Shown here: positions 46,501-61,100 of the stretch, one piece after another | Layout of the letters: every line of letters starts with the position of its first letter | Position numbering within the stretch: the stretch's first letter is position 1 | NCBI GenBank assembly: GCA_046563655.1 | Contig: CM102289.1 | Span: 8,122,001-8,186,000, forward strand | Direction: 5' to 3' | DNA from: Yuukianura sp. NJ FZ-2021 | Taxonomy: Eukaryota | Length of the DNA: 64,000 nt | Notes under the pieces: generated by a model | What the model saw: only the letters and a program-made list of their open reading frames with translations | Told to the model about the DNA's origin: nothing | Databases searched by the model: none | Program-made: the position numbers and the translations under genes

Positions 46501-49120
46501 CGTTGAGAGTGTAAAAGTTGAAATTTAGTGTAGCGAAGAGAAATTTAACGTTTAAGTATAAGGGTGAACGGATTCTTGTAAGGCTAAAATACTTGGGACT
46601 ACTGGTGATGATGCTGATGCTTGCAAGTATCATCATCATCATTCATTGATCATTAGTGAGAAAATGGAAGTCTTGGGCCAAAATGGTGGCTACTGTTCTC
46701 CTTAATACTTGGGAAATATTTCCAAAAATTGGTGGTTTTTGGGAAAGTAGTGTCACGCTATTTGGCAATCAATAAAGTTAAAGTTGGTTACTGTGTGATA
46801 AACGCCGCTGCTGCTTCTAGGAGGAGTGAAATTGTTAGCGTTTGAACTTTGAAATAATTTTGGGGTTTGTTTGTTTCCCGTATTGATTGGTTATCTGTCA
46901 TTTTCATTGAGGTTTTTAGTTAAAGTCCACTTTTGTTTGTGTGCGAAATGTCAATAGGTGCGAATTTAGTTCAGGTCGAAAGTAAAGTGATGCCTGTCAT
47001 TTAATTTTGGGTGAGAAGTGAACGGTAAATGAAATTGGTGTAGAAGTTTTTGTTACTTTTTTGCATGACGTCATGCGAATGTGGTGTAAGAAGGAATGTT
47101 AGTGCTGCAACACTTTGACTTTCTGCTTCATTTCCTGTTCGTATCAAAAGCCTTGGTTCATAAATGATCAAAGAAGCACGGGATTTTGTTGATGCGGCGC
47201 ATGCGATTCAATAATTTACGATGTCAAGGTATTTCCTTTTCGTGCGTTTTTCGTTTGAGGAATTGATGGACGTGGTTCTATGAATGATTGTGATTGGTAC
47301 GAATGTTACGCGGGAAAAATTCAAATTGGTGTAGGAAATGAAGTGATTAAAAATTAAAAGAAATTTAAGTTGAGAATTTGAGTTTTGGTGTAATTTTTTA
47401 TTTTTTATTTGGGATGGAGTGGGAGTGCTGTTGAATTTTGAGAAAAGTTAAAATCAAGCTGCGATTTTAATTAATGAGTTTTTAATTGCAAATTTTGGAT
47501 TGGAGAAAAAAAAAGAATTTGAGTGAAAGATGAATTTGGAGGAGAAATTTTTGAGTTTTTGGAGAAGAATCTTTTGACTGTTTCTGGGCGGAGGATTGTA
47601 TGTTTTCAAAGTTTTAATTTTGTGACATGTAATTACAAAAGGAAATCGCTGCTGAGTTGCTGGGTGCTGAAAGGAAATGGCGTCACCTTGCAATTGACTC
47701 TTGTAATAAGTTTTTGCCGAAAAGTAATTTTGTATGAGGCGGTGTTGTTATGTGTGTATGCGTTGTCACTCGTTGTATTAAAGTTGCTCAGGACTATAAT
47801 TTTCTCCTTTTGTCTATTGTAATTCTATTACGCAATCCGCAATTTGATGAAGAGTGCAGAAACAAGTCTTAAAGGTTGCGCTCATACGTTTGTGAATTTA
47901 GTTTTCAATTTCTCATGAAAGTGATCTACGCAATACTTAAAACGTTACCATGATATCACTTTTTTCAGCAGCAATTTGACAATTCAATTTAAACTGGGTT
48001 AGACACGGATTTGGAGAGAGAGTGATTCCATGGTCACTTTTTGCTAAAAACTGCGTTTTCGCAAAAACTGGTCGTAAAGGCGTATATTTTTGAAGGATTA
48101 GCAAATTGCAAATTGCAATATTCGATGAGCTGACGAATCTGAAAAGAGTGAATATGGTTTAAGCACTTAATTGCATGAGTGTTGGCAAAGCTAAAGTCGC
48201 TGAAAGTTACGCATTTGGTGTAAAGTGGAGCTTATTATTTGCAAATCAGTTGTGGAGACACGTACTAAGTTTAGTACTTTTTGCCAAAAGGGGAATTGGG
48301 ATCAATGTTTACAATCAAAATTGGTCTTTATAGCACGTTTCACTAAATTTTGGTTTGAAATTTTCGCGAAATTTGCGTGATTTCGTGTTTGGTTTGTTGT
48401 GTCTTTGGGATTTACTGACTCGGAATTTGGAGTAAGTCAAGGGAATGCTATTTTTTAAAGGAATTTAAAAAAATTATTGCGCACATCCTTCACTCCACTT
48501 ATACATTTGATGATCTTGTTCTTACGTACTGGAACGAATGCGTGCAAACGTCTTACGCTGTTTCGCTGCTGCCTGCCGGATTGGCGCCGTTGGTGGGCAA
48601 GATTTTGGCGCGTGGTATGAAAAATAGTTAACGAGAGCATGAAGGAGTTTGTTTGTTTGAAGCCTGAAATTTCTTTATGGTTGTCTTAAATGAGTGGGTT
48701 GGACTTTAATAGTAGAAAAAGCAGAGGTGAAATGAAAAAAGAAAAACAAGAAACAAAAGAGGCTTTGTTTGAATTTCCCCGAGAATTTTAGAAATGAAAA
48801 CATTTTCGACATTTTCTAACATGTATTTTTCTAATGTATTTGAAGCGATTCTGGCTGTTAAGTTGAGTTATTTCTAGAAATGTGGCGACATTGACATTGT
48901 CGTCATGTTTGAATTGCTAAAAATTCTGTTTTGAAATTTCTATTTTTTTATGTTTGCATTTCTGGATTAGAAAGTGAAATGTGTTTAGAAATTGATTTTT
49001 TGACAGTTTTTTAATTGTAGTTTTTGTTTCTGTTGCAGACTTTGCTGATACTCGGAACGACGGAGGTGAGGAGAGCGGGAAGAATTTTGAAAATTTGAAC
49101 AGGAGCGGCATTTTGAAAAG

Positions 49121-52100
49121 ATGGATGAAAATCGTCATATTGTGAGAGTTTATGTTGGATCGTTGTCACAAGAATATGAAGCACTGTCGGTTGAAGCGAG
49201 TAAGCACACGGCAGCAGACGAAATCGTGTCATGTATTGTCCAGAAACTCGGATTTCGTAATCCTCATGACTACGAGTTGGCCGAAGTAATTGGAAATTCA
49301 GTTGGACAGGAATGTAAAGAGAGAAGACTGAGCCCTTTTGAGTCTCCAGTTGCTCTAAAACTACTTTGGCCAAAATGTTCCGAAGCCGCAGACTCCGATT
49401 TGAACACCTCCGGAGTGACTCCACCGCTCCAGAACTCTTGTTCCAGCAGAAGAAGAGCCACGACGTCGCCGTGTTCAACTTCCAACTCTCCGCAAATTGA
49501 GCAGGATCAGTACCGGTTCTGTCTCCGAGAAAAGCTGACTGACTCTCTCTGGTCTGAGAGTTTTGCAATGGATCCACAGGTTATCAAAGACTACTTCTAC
49601 AGGTTCCTGTACCAACCTGCAGATAAAGAGTACCCTGACCTGTGTCAACTCCCTGACCTCAATGAAGAAACACTCCTGGAGAATCTGAGGTCACGCTTTG
49701 TTGGGGGCCATATTTATACTTATGTAGGATCAATACTCATTGCTGTCAATCCATTTAAATTCCATCCGATCTACAATCCCAAATATGTCAAACTCTATCA
49801 AAATCGACGTAGAGAGGAACTGCCGCCGCATATTTTTGCAATTGCGGACTCAGCTTACCATGCTATGCTCAAAGAAAAAAGGAATCAGTGTATTGTGATT
49901 TCTGGAGAAAGTGGAAGTGGAAAAACTGAAAGTACAAACTTTTTATTGCACCATTTGACGGCGTTAAGTCAAAAGGGATCCCATGGAAGTGGAGTGGAGC
50001 AGACGATCTTGAGTGCTGGACCAGTTTTGGAGGTGAGTGAATCTGATATTTTCAAAATTTCATTAAAAATTAGTTTTTGATTAAATTTTGAATCGTGGCA
50101 ATTAGATTAGTGGTAGACTTCAACACAATCCTCGTATCAAGTCTGAAGATCAGGATTTTTTGTTGTACACTAGAAATGATGGGCAGCATGCCCTGAAGTC
50201 TTTTGTGATTTTGAGTTACTCACTTGACTTCTTTGAGCATCCAAAATCCAGTATTATGCTGGCAGTATATACTGATCCAATATCCAGTATATACTGCCAG
50301 TATAATACTGGATGTTGGGTGTTACAACTTAATGTTTAACATTCACTTTCAATTTAATTATCAATTGTAGCTCACCAAGAGAGTTTGGAAATTTGCGCAA
50401 TGGTGGAGCAAGTCTTTTCAAATTTTTAAGCGCGGATTAAGCAAGGTTCATTTTAAATGCTCTGTTAATTATTTGCAACTCAAAGTAATAAAAAAGAGTT
50501 GCTTTATTCTATTACTTTTTGGCAGTTGAAGAGCTAAAAACGAGTTTGAAGTTGAAGAAATGCAATTTTCTTTGTATAAAGTAAGTACGTACATGGTGAT
50601 TTGCGTTTATAGTTTTTTTTCTTTTTGAATTTGGTACGTAAAGGATTGCCAAATGGGTATTTGTTTAGTATTGGACTGGTGTTGGGAATATGCAAAATCT
50701 TGGTTTTCATTTTCATTTTCATGACATTGATAAAATTGAGTTTAGAAAAGTTTTGAAAGATCAGAAGCGTGTTGAGAATATTGGATGATTTTTTTTCAAG
50801 ATTTGGGTAGAGTGGAGTCTGGTGCGATTTGCAAAAAATCGAAGATTCAAGTCTTGATACTGAATCTCTTCATTGCCAAAATTGCTAACTCAGACAACGA
50901 GAGTTAATCATGAGGAGTGACCGATGAAAACGCAGGGTGTGGCTAAATAGCTTCCGTATGAGTTCTCACGTAGAAAGCCAATTTTTTTTTACATCGCCTT
51001 TTGCTACTTTGCTGCCTAACATTTCGATTTTTGTTAATTTCCTGGCTCTGCTCGAACTTTAACTTCAACTTTCCATGATGGTTTGAATGTTGCTTGTTTG
51101 CTTGCTCTGCATGGTAGTTAAATTTTACACGCCTTGTTTGCAATTTTTTGTTGTTGTCGATTTCTGAGTAAGACTAATTAAGCAATTTATTAAACTTAAT
51201 TAATGACTACCTTCCGCAAATTTAGAGCCGAGATTGACGAAATTTAAAGTTCATGTTATAAATTTTAGCAAGGGAATTAAACAGACGGCTCTTTAGAGTC
51301 AAGAACTCGTTTTGTACGCCTGTGCAAACAAATATTTTGACTATTGCGCATTCGCATTGCCTTTCTCTTTCTTTTTGCGTCAGTCACAAGTTGCAACTTG
51401 CTACTTTATGGCAAAAATGTCATATATTTTTTCAAAGTGTCACCAGGAACAAGAGAAACGTCAAAGTTTCAAGTAGTGTTTTTGAATTAAAACAACAGAA
51501 AGGACATCAAAGGAAAAAGAGGGAAGTCGTGGGTGCAGCAAAGCACTTCAGACGTGATTGAAATTTTGACGTTTTGACGTGGATTTATTTTTGACGTTGT
51601 ACTTTATTTGATGTTTGTTTTTCAAATTTCCATAAACAGAAAGGCGGTGAGATTAAAGTTGTGGGTTGAGTCAAAATCAAAATTGAGAATCAACAATTTT
51701 TTTTTTGAAAAAGAAATAGAAAGTGGGTTGGAGTTTGGATTGAGGAAATGAAATGTCTGGTAAAGTGAAGCACCCACTCGTGTTTTAATTACACAAGACA
51801 ATTGAAGTACATAGTAGAATGAAAAAGTGGCATGAGGGCTAGACTAATCGTCAGATACAAAGCAGAGGGAAAGTATTTTTTTTCGCTTCGAAGTGTCTGT
51901 CTGTCTCTGTGTCTGCGAAGTATGAAAGAAGATCAAGTCCATTAAGATGAGAGTTAAGGATTCTGTGTACAGATTGTAGCAAGATCAACTATGTGGCAGG
52001 CATGTACATAGTATGTGGCATGCATCCACATACTATGTAGCTGATCTGTAAGTAGATGACTTAAGGTGTTAAGGGGGGAGATGCAGGGGAGAAGGCGTGT

Positions 52101-55100
52101 CCAATGGTCTAATTCTTAAAGAAAATGAGCATCTTTTGACTTTTATTGAGGTCTGGGCTAGACTAAAAGGCAGAATTCAGTACTTAAGGGGGAGAGTTAG
52201 CTTCTTGGTTAGAGGATTTATTAATATGGTCGTAAAACAATGGGATGAAGAACACAAAAGATGGACATTATTACAAAGACAAAAGATGCGGATTTTGGCC
52301 GCTAGAAATTCGAGAGGGAATTAGTCAGTTGTGTGACTTTTTTGCGAATTTTTTCCCCTCATAGTTCTCCTTTGACAGATTGGGCAAGCCACGCCAGAGA
52401 ACCGCCCAAAACTTACTAATTGTTTGTGAAACAAAACAGAATGGCGGTCATTCGCCTTTTTTGAATTTTGAATGCAAGGGAGTTTTAGCGCCAAAGGAAT
52501 ACGAAAGATAAATTTATGGTTGACACTTTACTTTTAGCTTTTAATGTTTGTATTTGTTGTAAGTGTTAGAACAGGGGTGACAATGACGGATCCTTGGAAG
52601 ATGAAGATGTTAGCTGTTTTGTTGTTGAACTAGTTTGTGAACTCTTCAATTTTGGGGTAAAACGATAAAGTTGTCGTTTCGAATGGGATTTGACAAGTTT
52701 CAATCCGATAATCATCACGATATGTACACAACAAAAAGCAGAATGATGTTGCGATTATTTTGAACTTGCTGAAAGTTGATTGGTTTAGTCAATGAAGACT
52801 TTCCGGTTGTTTCGAAAGAAGAGACGAAAAAAAATTGAACGTCTGGTTTCTTTCTGGCTTTGTCATTTCTAATTGACGGTGTAGTTCAATATTTTGATTG
52901 TGTGTAAAAACAGTTTTTTTAAGCAATATTTTCGAAAATGAATGAATCAAGAAAGTGTGGAAGGAAATGAATCATCAGCAGAAAAAAAAAACGGAGGGTT
53001 AGTCAGAGATTAAAAAAAAATTAATAAAGTCTTTTTTTGGCGTTAGGATTTTCAATTTGTAGAAAATTTTGAGAAATCATGAGGGGGAAAGTGTAACGAG
53101 GTGAAAGCGGAAAATGTTACAAATGAAATTGAGCTTTACAAAGTACAAAGGTTGTAAAGGTTGATGGTTAATTTTAGTTCTTTTGTGCGAATTTTGAAGA
53201 GGGTGTTGTTGAATTAATGAATTTTGGATTTTCTAATGTTCTTTTAATATGAAAATGATGAGAAAATGAAAGGTAATTTTGGACTTGTTGAAAATTGGGA
53301 ATTGCTTTTGAGAGTATTTGAATAAGAAATTTTGAAAAGTTTAGTCTTGCGAGGAAGGCAAAAAAGGCCCATTGTGTTCCAAATTGTAATTTGTAATGAG
53401 TAAGCCGACGGAGCAAGATGATGATGATGGTTTTTCATGTTGAAAATGAAAATTTGCAAGGAATTAACTAACCTTGAGCGCCTTCTTCATTAAATTGCGC
53501 AAACGAAGGAGAAAAGGAAGTTTTTGCATATTTTTCACGTAAAGATTTAAAGGACGAGGTGACCAAGGCACCATATGTTGAACAAGTTTTGGTTGGTTAT
53601 GCGCAGACTGCGCACTACTCTGAAATGACTTTTTCGTTATGTGTTTAAAGAAACTGTAAAATTTCCTCATAAGGAATGGTGAATGAAATTGAAAGTTTTG
53701 TGCATTTTTACAGTTATACAGTTAGATTTTTTCGACTTTCATTTCTTCTGGTAGGGAAATTGTTTTTTTTTCTTTTTGGAATTTGGTAATGAGAATTGAT
53801 AATGAGAATGATTTTTAGGTGATAAATTAAGTGTTTTATGACACCTTGGGTTTTTGCAAATTTTAGTGGTCAACTTTTACAGACGACCACACAAAAAGGA
53901 AAGTTTTTGTTTACAATGTACATATGAAATTGAAATTAGACACATTTTATGCAGAATTGACATATTTTTTGTTCTGGTAATTTGTAACAAAGTTATGTTT
54001 CAGAGTTTTGTTTGTTTTTTTAAATATTTGGGTTTTGTTTTTTAGCTTTTAACGCATTTTTTTAGTTTTGGTTTTAACGTTTTTTGGGTTTTTGGGTGTA
54101 ACGTGTTTTAGGTCGTGTTGCTCTTGTTTCTAATTGATTTTTTTTAGATGTGCAGAATTTTTTGTTTTTTGTCTTGTCGATTTGTTTCTTTCAAGTTTCT
54201 CAATGCCAAATTCAAAATTTCCCACTTTTTATGAGGAAATAGATAGCAAGTTGTTTTCAATTTCAATCAAATGGAACTTTTTGTTACACTGATTGAAATT
54301 GTGTGGTAAAGAAGAATTGAAAGTTTAAGAATAGAAGATTATAAAAGATCTGTTTATGAGGAAGTTTTAAAGAAGAATGAGAATTGGATGAAACAAAGAC
54401 GAGCATGATTTGGCGATATTTTTGTATCGTTTTTGTTGAAAAATTTCCAATAGAAATTGGAAACTTTTGACATGGTAAGAAATTGGCCTCAAAATTTGAC
54501 GCCTAATTTAGTTTTTATGCGATTTTGCACTTTTGTGTGATTTTTTTTTACTTTGTTTCATGGTGATTTTTTGAAATAATTTGGAACTTGGGTTTACTGT
54601 GAAGGATTTTGAAACCTTGAAAAGGAAATGAAGAGGCTCAACATTTGCCTCGCGTTGCGGTTTATGGTGGTGGGTGGACATTGGACATGAGCTTGTGAAT
54701 TGTGATTGTGACAGTGAGGTTGTTTGCAAAAATTCTTTGTATTTTATGTACTTTTATGTTTAAGGGGCAACGTCATGTGACAATGGCAAGGTTAACGAGT
54801 CAGATTCCGGACAACTTTTTTTGGTTTTGGTGAAAATGGAAGTTATAAGTGGTAAATCCAGCTAGGTTATTGTGGCTAAAGAATAAAAAACAACGGAAAG
54901 TTTTAAAAGTTGATTTTTATTAGTAATTTTTTAAGATTAAGTTTTTTTCCTGTGATTTTTTTCGATTTCTTTTGCAAAAGTTATAATTAAGAGGAGTCAG
55001 GATTTAAATTAAACCTGCAGGATTTGTTTGCACAAAAAAAGTAACGTGAGTGAAACGCAGTTTTTTTTGTACGAATTAATTTTAATTTGATTTTTTTTTC

Positions 55101-58100
55101 GTATCCTATTTGGAAAATTCAGTTTTAAAAGTATATACATTTCTGTGCTGGAGTTAATTCTAATTCTAGGTTTGAAATGACTTTGACCTCACTCTGCAGA
55201 GATACTTTTTTGTGTAGTGAAATTACACACTTGAAGGACATTGGTGCAATTATGAATAAATTGCAGGTTGCTTACTTAATTTTGTTCTTTGTCAACAATT
55301 GCGCATTTTTGACTTGGAATATTCATTGAACGAACGCAACTCAGGAATCAATGACCAATCATGGCCAAAGAATTATTGTGCGAAAGTGAAACATGGCGTT
55401 TGATTTTGATTATATTGATGTCTATGTGTTTGTATGTATTTGTTGGGTACTCGTTGAGCGGAGAATCATGTTTTGTTTTTTGTGTCTTTGAATTAATTTG
55501 ACCTTTTGTTATTTACTTTTTTGCAAACCTTGTTTAAAACCTGGAAACTGGAATCGTGTATTCAGATTTTCGCAGGCGTGTGCATTTTGCAAGGACAAAA
55601 GTTGCAGATTTAAAAAAAAGTGTGATTTTTTCCCTGAAGAAGGTTGGGGTTTCTGGGAATGTTTGTGATTTGAATAAAATAGAATTCGTGTTGTTCTTCT
55701 GCAGCGGGAGTTTTAACGCTTTTGCTGTAAGTCGGTTGTTGTTGAGTGTGAGCAGCACATCCATTTGCATTTTCATACCCAAAGGCAAGTCAAGAAATAT
55801 CGTGGAGAGATGAGGCTTTTTTTCGCATTGTGTCTAATTGTTAGCGAAGTTTCCAACTGAGCAGTAAAAATTAAGATTGAATTGGTGATGAGAGAGAGAA
55901 AGAAGACGAGTCGTGATGCAGAGGTAGCCACTTCAAACATGGTTTGGATTTAGACGTGGGGCAAAAATGTCAAATGCAAAACTGTCAAAAACAAAATGGT
56001 TGAAACAAAGGTTGTCGAGGAAAATAAATTCGACTATTTCTGTAATTTTTGTAACTTGGACCATGTCATTTTTCGACAGTGGTGGTTGTAGAGGTAAAAA
56101 AATGTTAAAGTTTTCTATGTAGTGTGATTTAGAGTTTTGATTGTTGGAATTTTTCTCTAGTTTTGAGTTTTTGGCAATGTTGTTTTCAATTTTTCAATTG
56201 TTCGTTGCCCACCTATGCGCAGAATTTGAAAAATTTGAAGGTTGGGCGAATTTGAATTTGAACTTGGGAATTTGGAAGAATGAGTACCGTTGATTGCGTG
56301 GTTTTAAAAAGTTTAGAACTTGGAAAGAGAAATGTGAAATCGACTAATTGCCAAATCTGTTTTTTGAAAAGTGAATGGAAGTGCGCATGTGAGTTGGCAG
56401 AGTTGGGCCTTGCCAAAAGGTTATAGCCCTGTTTCCGATTTTATTTGGGATTAGTAATTTATGACCTGTCGAATCTAAAGAAATGTTTAGAATTTATGGT
56501 TAGGAGTATTAAAATATGATGTTTAAAAAGTTGTTTTGATCAAGATCTCTTCTTGACCTGTGCATAAGCGTAGTTAAGACGGAGGAGTCGCAGGAATTGG
56601 CAGGCGAGAAGGCGTGGTTGGATTCAATTGTAATTAATATTATTGATTGGTTCTTGGTTAATATCGAGTTGAAGTGAGGCTGACGTTGGAATGGAAAAAA
56701 GTGGTTGATCTTGGGTGCTCCTGCCATGATGTAACATAGGATTGAGTCAATTTTGATTTTAATCGGAATTAGGAGCTCATTGAGACAATCGCATTGATGA
56801 GCGTCCTCTTGAGGATAAAACACAAGCAGAAACGTTTTGCAATGTTAAAAACATATTTTCCATATAAAATATTTAGGCCGATTTGACACTTCTTAACTCT
56901 ATTTTTGTCTGTTTCACAAAAAATTAAAGTGAAAAAAGTGTCAATTCGGCATAAAAATTTTCATCTTCCGGAAAAAAGGTGGATAGTTTTTTAAACTCAA
57001 GTCTTTGAATAATTTTTTTCAATGTTGATTATGAAACGATTTGCGACTCGGAATTTTTCCACCATTGTCGAATTTTTTTTTTGCCTGGCCTTGGAGATTT
57101 TTTGTTTTACAATTTCACGGGGGAAATTTGGATGTTAAAAATTGAACTTTCGTGCGTGCTATTTTGCTATTAAACAGTTGTCGTCTGCTCAGACGTCAGA
57201 TTGCTAGTTAAGTCAATTTGAGGAAATCATCTTTGTGAGTGTTCATCTATGGTAATTTGTGAGTCCAGTCTGCAGATTTGTTGTGTGATCACGATTTTGG
57301 GTGAGTCAGGGAGTTTTTGCCAGGATTTGTTGATTGAGTTTAAATCTTTTGAGCATGGAGCGGGTGGCGTTGACGTCAGAGTAAGCAGAAATGAGCGAAT
57401 GTTGCAAATTACTTAAGACTTAATTTGAAGTTTACTGCTAAAACGCAAAAGATGCGGGAGAAGGATTAAATGATCTTCGTGGAGGTGAATTTTTGCCTAG
57501 GAATCAGCAAGTTTGTAAACAAAAAGTACAGAAGCGAGGGAGTTTATTTTAAAAAAAAATTAAGTGGACGTTTTCGGATGTCCAAAAAAAAACTTTTTAT
57601 TTGTAAAAATTTTTGCGTTGTGTTCGATCCAACCAAGGGAATTCTCCATTTAGAACATTTTCAGTATCGCGAGCGGAAAATTTTACCATAAAGAAAGTTT
57701 TTACATTGCGAAACTTGAGTATCTACTACTATATAATTTTTGACGAAAAAAGAAGCGCGACGATATTTCTTTTGAAAAAGTTCACAAAGTTTTCCAGGTT
57801 GTTGGGTCTCTCTGTTCGTTGGAAACTCGTTTCCTCTTCTGTAGAAATCCAAAGATGAAGTTGTCGAAATTCAGCTAACATGGATCAAAACTTTCAAAGT
57901 TGACGTCTTTTTTCCCATTTTTTTTAATACAAAAAGAAGATTTGAGTCTGTGAAATGTTGACGTTTACTGTGGGAGTATTTTCTATCAAAGCGTTTTTTT
58001 AAACTTTTATTCTGTCAATTGTGCCATTCAGTTTTATGCGAATTTTGAACCAGTTTTTCCTTCCAAATTTTGAGCTGTTGCGAAAATCGAAGTTGGGAGT

Positions 58101-61100
58101 GGGACAAAAAAAAAAGTTTTTTTTCGCTTTCTGATTCTGATTTATGGAAAAACTGTTTGGAGTTTGATTTTGAAATGATGAGCGTGAGAAGACTTCCGTT
58201 TTCATTATGAATTGAGGTGACTTGTTCGACAAAAACTCAAAAGGTTTTGTTACTTTCTCTCTTCGTCTTCCTCTGATGTGACTGAATTTGTGAATTTAAG
58301 GTTGATTGATTTGTGGTCCTAATTTTTGCATGTGATCTATCCTAAATTTTGACATTTTTGGTTGCATCTCACTGAATGTTAGTCTTTTTCCCCAAGTTTC
58401 AAAGAATTGCGCCAAATTTTGGTTTCCTAGTTTCTGCTTATGGCTTAGGGATATTCGTTTTTGAACTTTCCCACTTGTTGAGTGTTGTCATTTTGCCTTC
58501 ATTGCCAAAGTTTGAAAGTAAGTATTTACTTTCCTTGTAAATCCTACATTTTGAACTTACAAGTTTCTTATTGGTTCATTTTGTCAGCCGGTGACCACTC
58601 TTGTTCTCCAGTAACACCCCAAATCAACGTCAGCTTCCTTCATAAGTTTTTCACTTTTTGCAAGCTTAGTTTCTATTTTTGAAACTATTTTTTTTTTCTA
58701 TTTGCAGTTTTTATTAGATTTCTGAAAGATCTAAAAAAATAAAGATAGAAATAATCCAACCCAGATTTCACGATTGTGTTCCCATTTATAAACAAACTTA
58801 AATTTATAAATGGAAATTTGGGTTATGTGAAAACGAATTTGCCAATTTGACGTTTTTTCGGAGTTGGATACTTTTTTTTTTGAATTTTTGTGGTTATTTT
58901 TGAAATGGTGACGGTCGCATATGCTAGGTTTTGTGAGAGTCATGCCCCGCGTAGTATCGATTTCAATTTTAATTATGCCTGGAGAAATCTGTGTTTGATA
59001 TTTCCATCCAGCTTGAGAGGAAAAGGAGAAGATAACTTTCTCTTTTAGCTGAACTTTCTCTCCTCTCCAGTTCTTGGAAGGATTCGTCCATGCTGAGGCA
59101 GCTACATTTATCATCTTTTCTCCTAATGATGAAACTGGAGGAGTCTTCGCTTTTGCCTACGCTTTATTACACGCTTCCCTGCACTACACTTAAATAAACT
59201 GGTTTGTAAAACGGAATTTAAAAAAGTAGCGAAAGCAGAGTAAAGTAGCGTAGGCTAGGTTGAGACAGAAAGGCGAACAGACAGACAGACATAGTCAATG
59301 CATACAGGAGCTTTCGCTACTTAATAAAATATAACGATATTTATACCATTTCAAAGCAGGACTTTCAACAGCTGCTGCGCCTCTTTCTCTCGGAAATGAC
59401 TCTGCTAATAGAATTTCCGGACTCACCTTTGACTTTTAAAAAATATGAAGAAAGGAAAGTGAAAGTCTCCTTTCTCTCTGCCTTCAAACTTAAGACTAAC
59501 TGCCCGCGTTCGGTTTTTTGAAGCAGCAGGACTCCTTTCCTACTTAAATTTCAAAGAAAATAGTCCTTCCTTTCACTTTGCCCTTTTGTATAGTAACATT
59601 TTGGCGTAAATCTCAAGAGAAAAACAATTTAATATGGAAACATACTTGGACAGAACAAAGTATTTTTTTTTTAGAAGAAAGTTGGAATTTATATTGAGGT
59701 TTTACGGAAAAAGGGAATGAAAATTCTTTAAAGAAGGTTGGATTTTGGGTGAGTGAGTTTTCTGTTGAATTTGAAATTGAAAAACGCAGAATACGCATTT
59801 CGAAAACGAAAACGTGGAAATGTTGTGTGCCTTTGAAGTGTGGAATTTTGAAATTTTGAGATGCTGGGAAGTGGTGTTTCTGTTTCTGACTTTGGGTTTT
59901 TCTGGTTTATAAGGGAAATTGTAATTTGTTTTGGTTCTTGGGTTTCATTTTGAAAATTTAAACAGTTTTTGGGTTGATGTGTCTTGTTGAAAGTTTTAAT
60001 GAAGAAATGGAAGAGATGCGGTAGCTTGAGTGGCTCCTTTCATCAAGATCGTAACTTAACTTTAAGATTTTGGTAAAGTTTTTGATGAAATTTCGAAAGA
60101 TGTTTTCCTTTTAAGTGAAGAATGGGAATGAAGATGTTGGTGACCGACAAGGAGTGGCAGCCAAGCAAGTTGTAGGAAACGGTCACCAGGTTTTTTTTTT
60201 TGTTGCATGTGAGCAATGTTGCTTTTGCGCTGTGGGATGTTTTTAGTTTGTCGTGCTCTACATGTTGTGTCGAGTGGAAATTCGTGCAGTCCAGTTCAAG
60301 TTCATAATTAGGACAATTTTGAACCTTTTTATTTTTAAGAGTTTGGTACTCCACTGCTTTTTGAGACTTTAATACAGTTTAGTTTAACAACGGAAATGTC
60401 TACCATTTTTTAAAATGGTATTCTTTTGTGTTTTTTTAAGCTTTGAGTGATCCTCGGTGTGTTATGTTAGGCTCAGAAAAGAAATCGTGTGAGGAAGACA
60501 TAACTTAAGCGGAGAATTGAAAACATTTCAAAAACTTTGGAGAGCTTTTGGTTGTTGAGGACTTAAATGTTGAACGAATTTTTGAAGTTGAACAGATTCA
60601 GCAATTCAAACATTCTCCGCCTACTTCAACTTGACTAAAGCTACTTGACTCAATTTTGAACACTATTTTGAATGAATGAGTTTCAAATTAAATGTTTGCT
60701 TGGATGGCTTCTGACATGTGATGTGACCTCGTAATTTCCCGCTAGTGACTTAATTTGTTCAAATAAACTTTGGCATATTTCAGTTGAAATGGGGTGATTT
60801 TGAAGTTTGAAATCACATGAGTTGTGGTGATTCTGAATGAATTTGGTACGGTTCGGTATAGGAATCAGGAAGAAGAAGTACTTTGCTAGTTACTTCATCA
60901 TTGCAAATGGAGTTTACACTAATAAATGATGAGGTTAACGGGAAAAGTTGTAAAATTTGTCAAAAGTAAACGGAAGTCATGTCACAAAGAATGGATTTGA
61001 AATTTTGAAAAAATAAATTGCAAGGGATGCAAAATCTAGCGTAGCGAATGGTGTGAATGTGTGGGTTTTTTGGCTAACCTCTTAAGAAAGAAAAGTTTTG

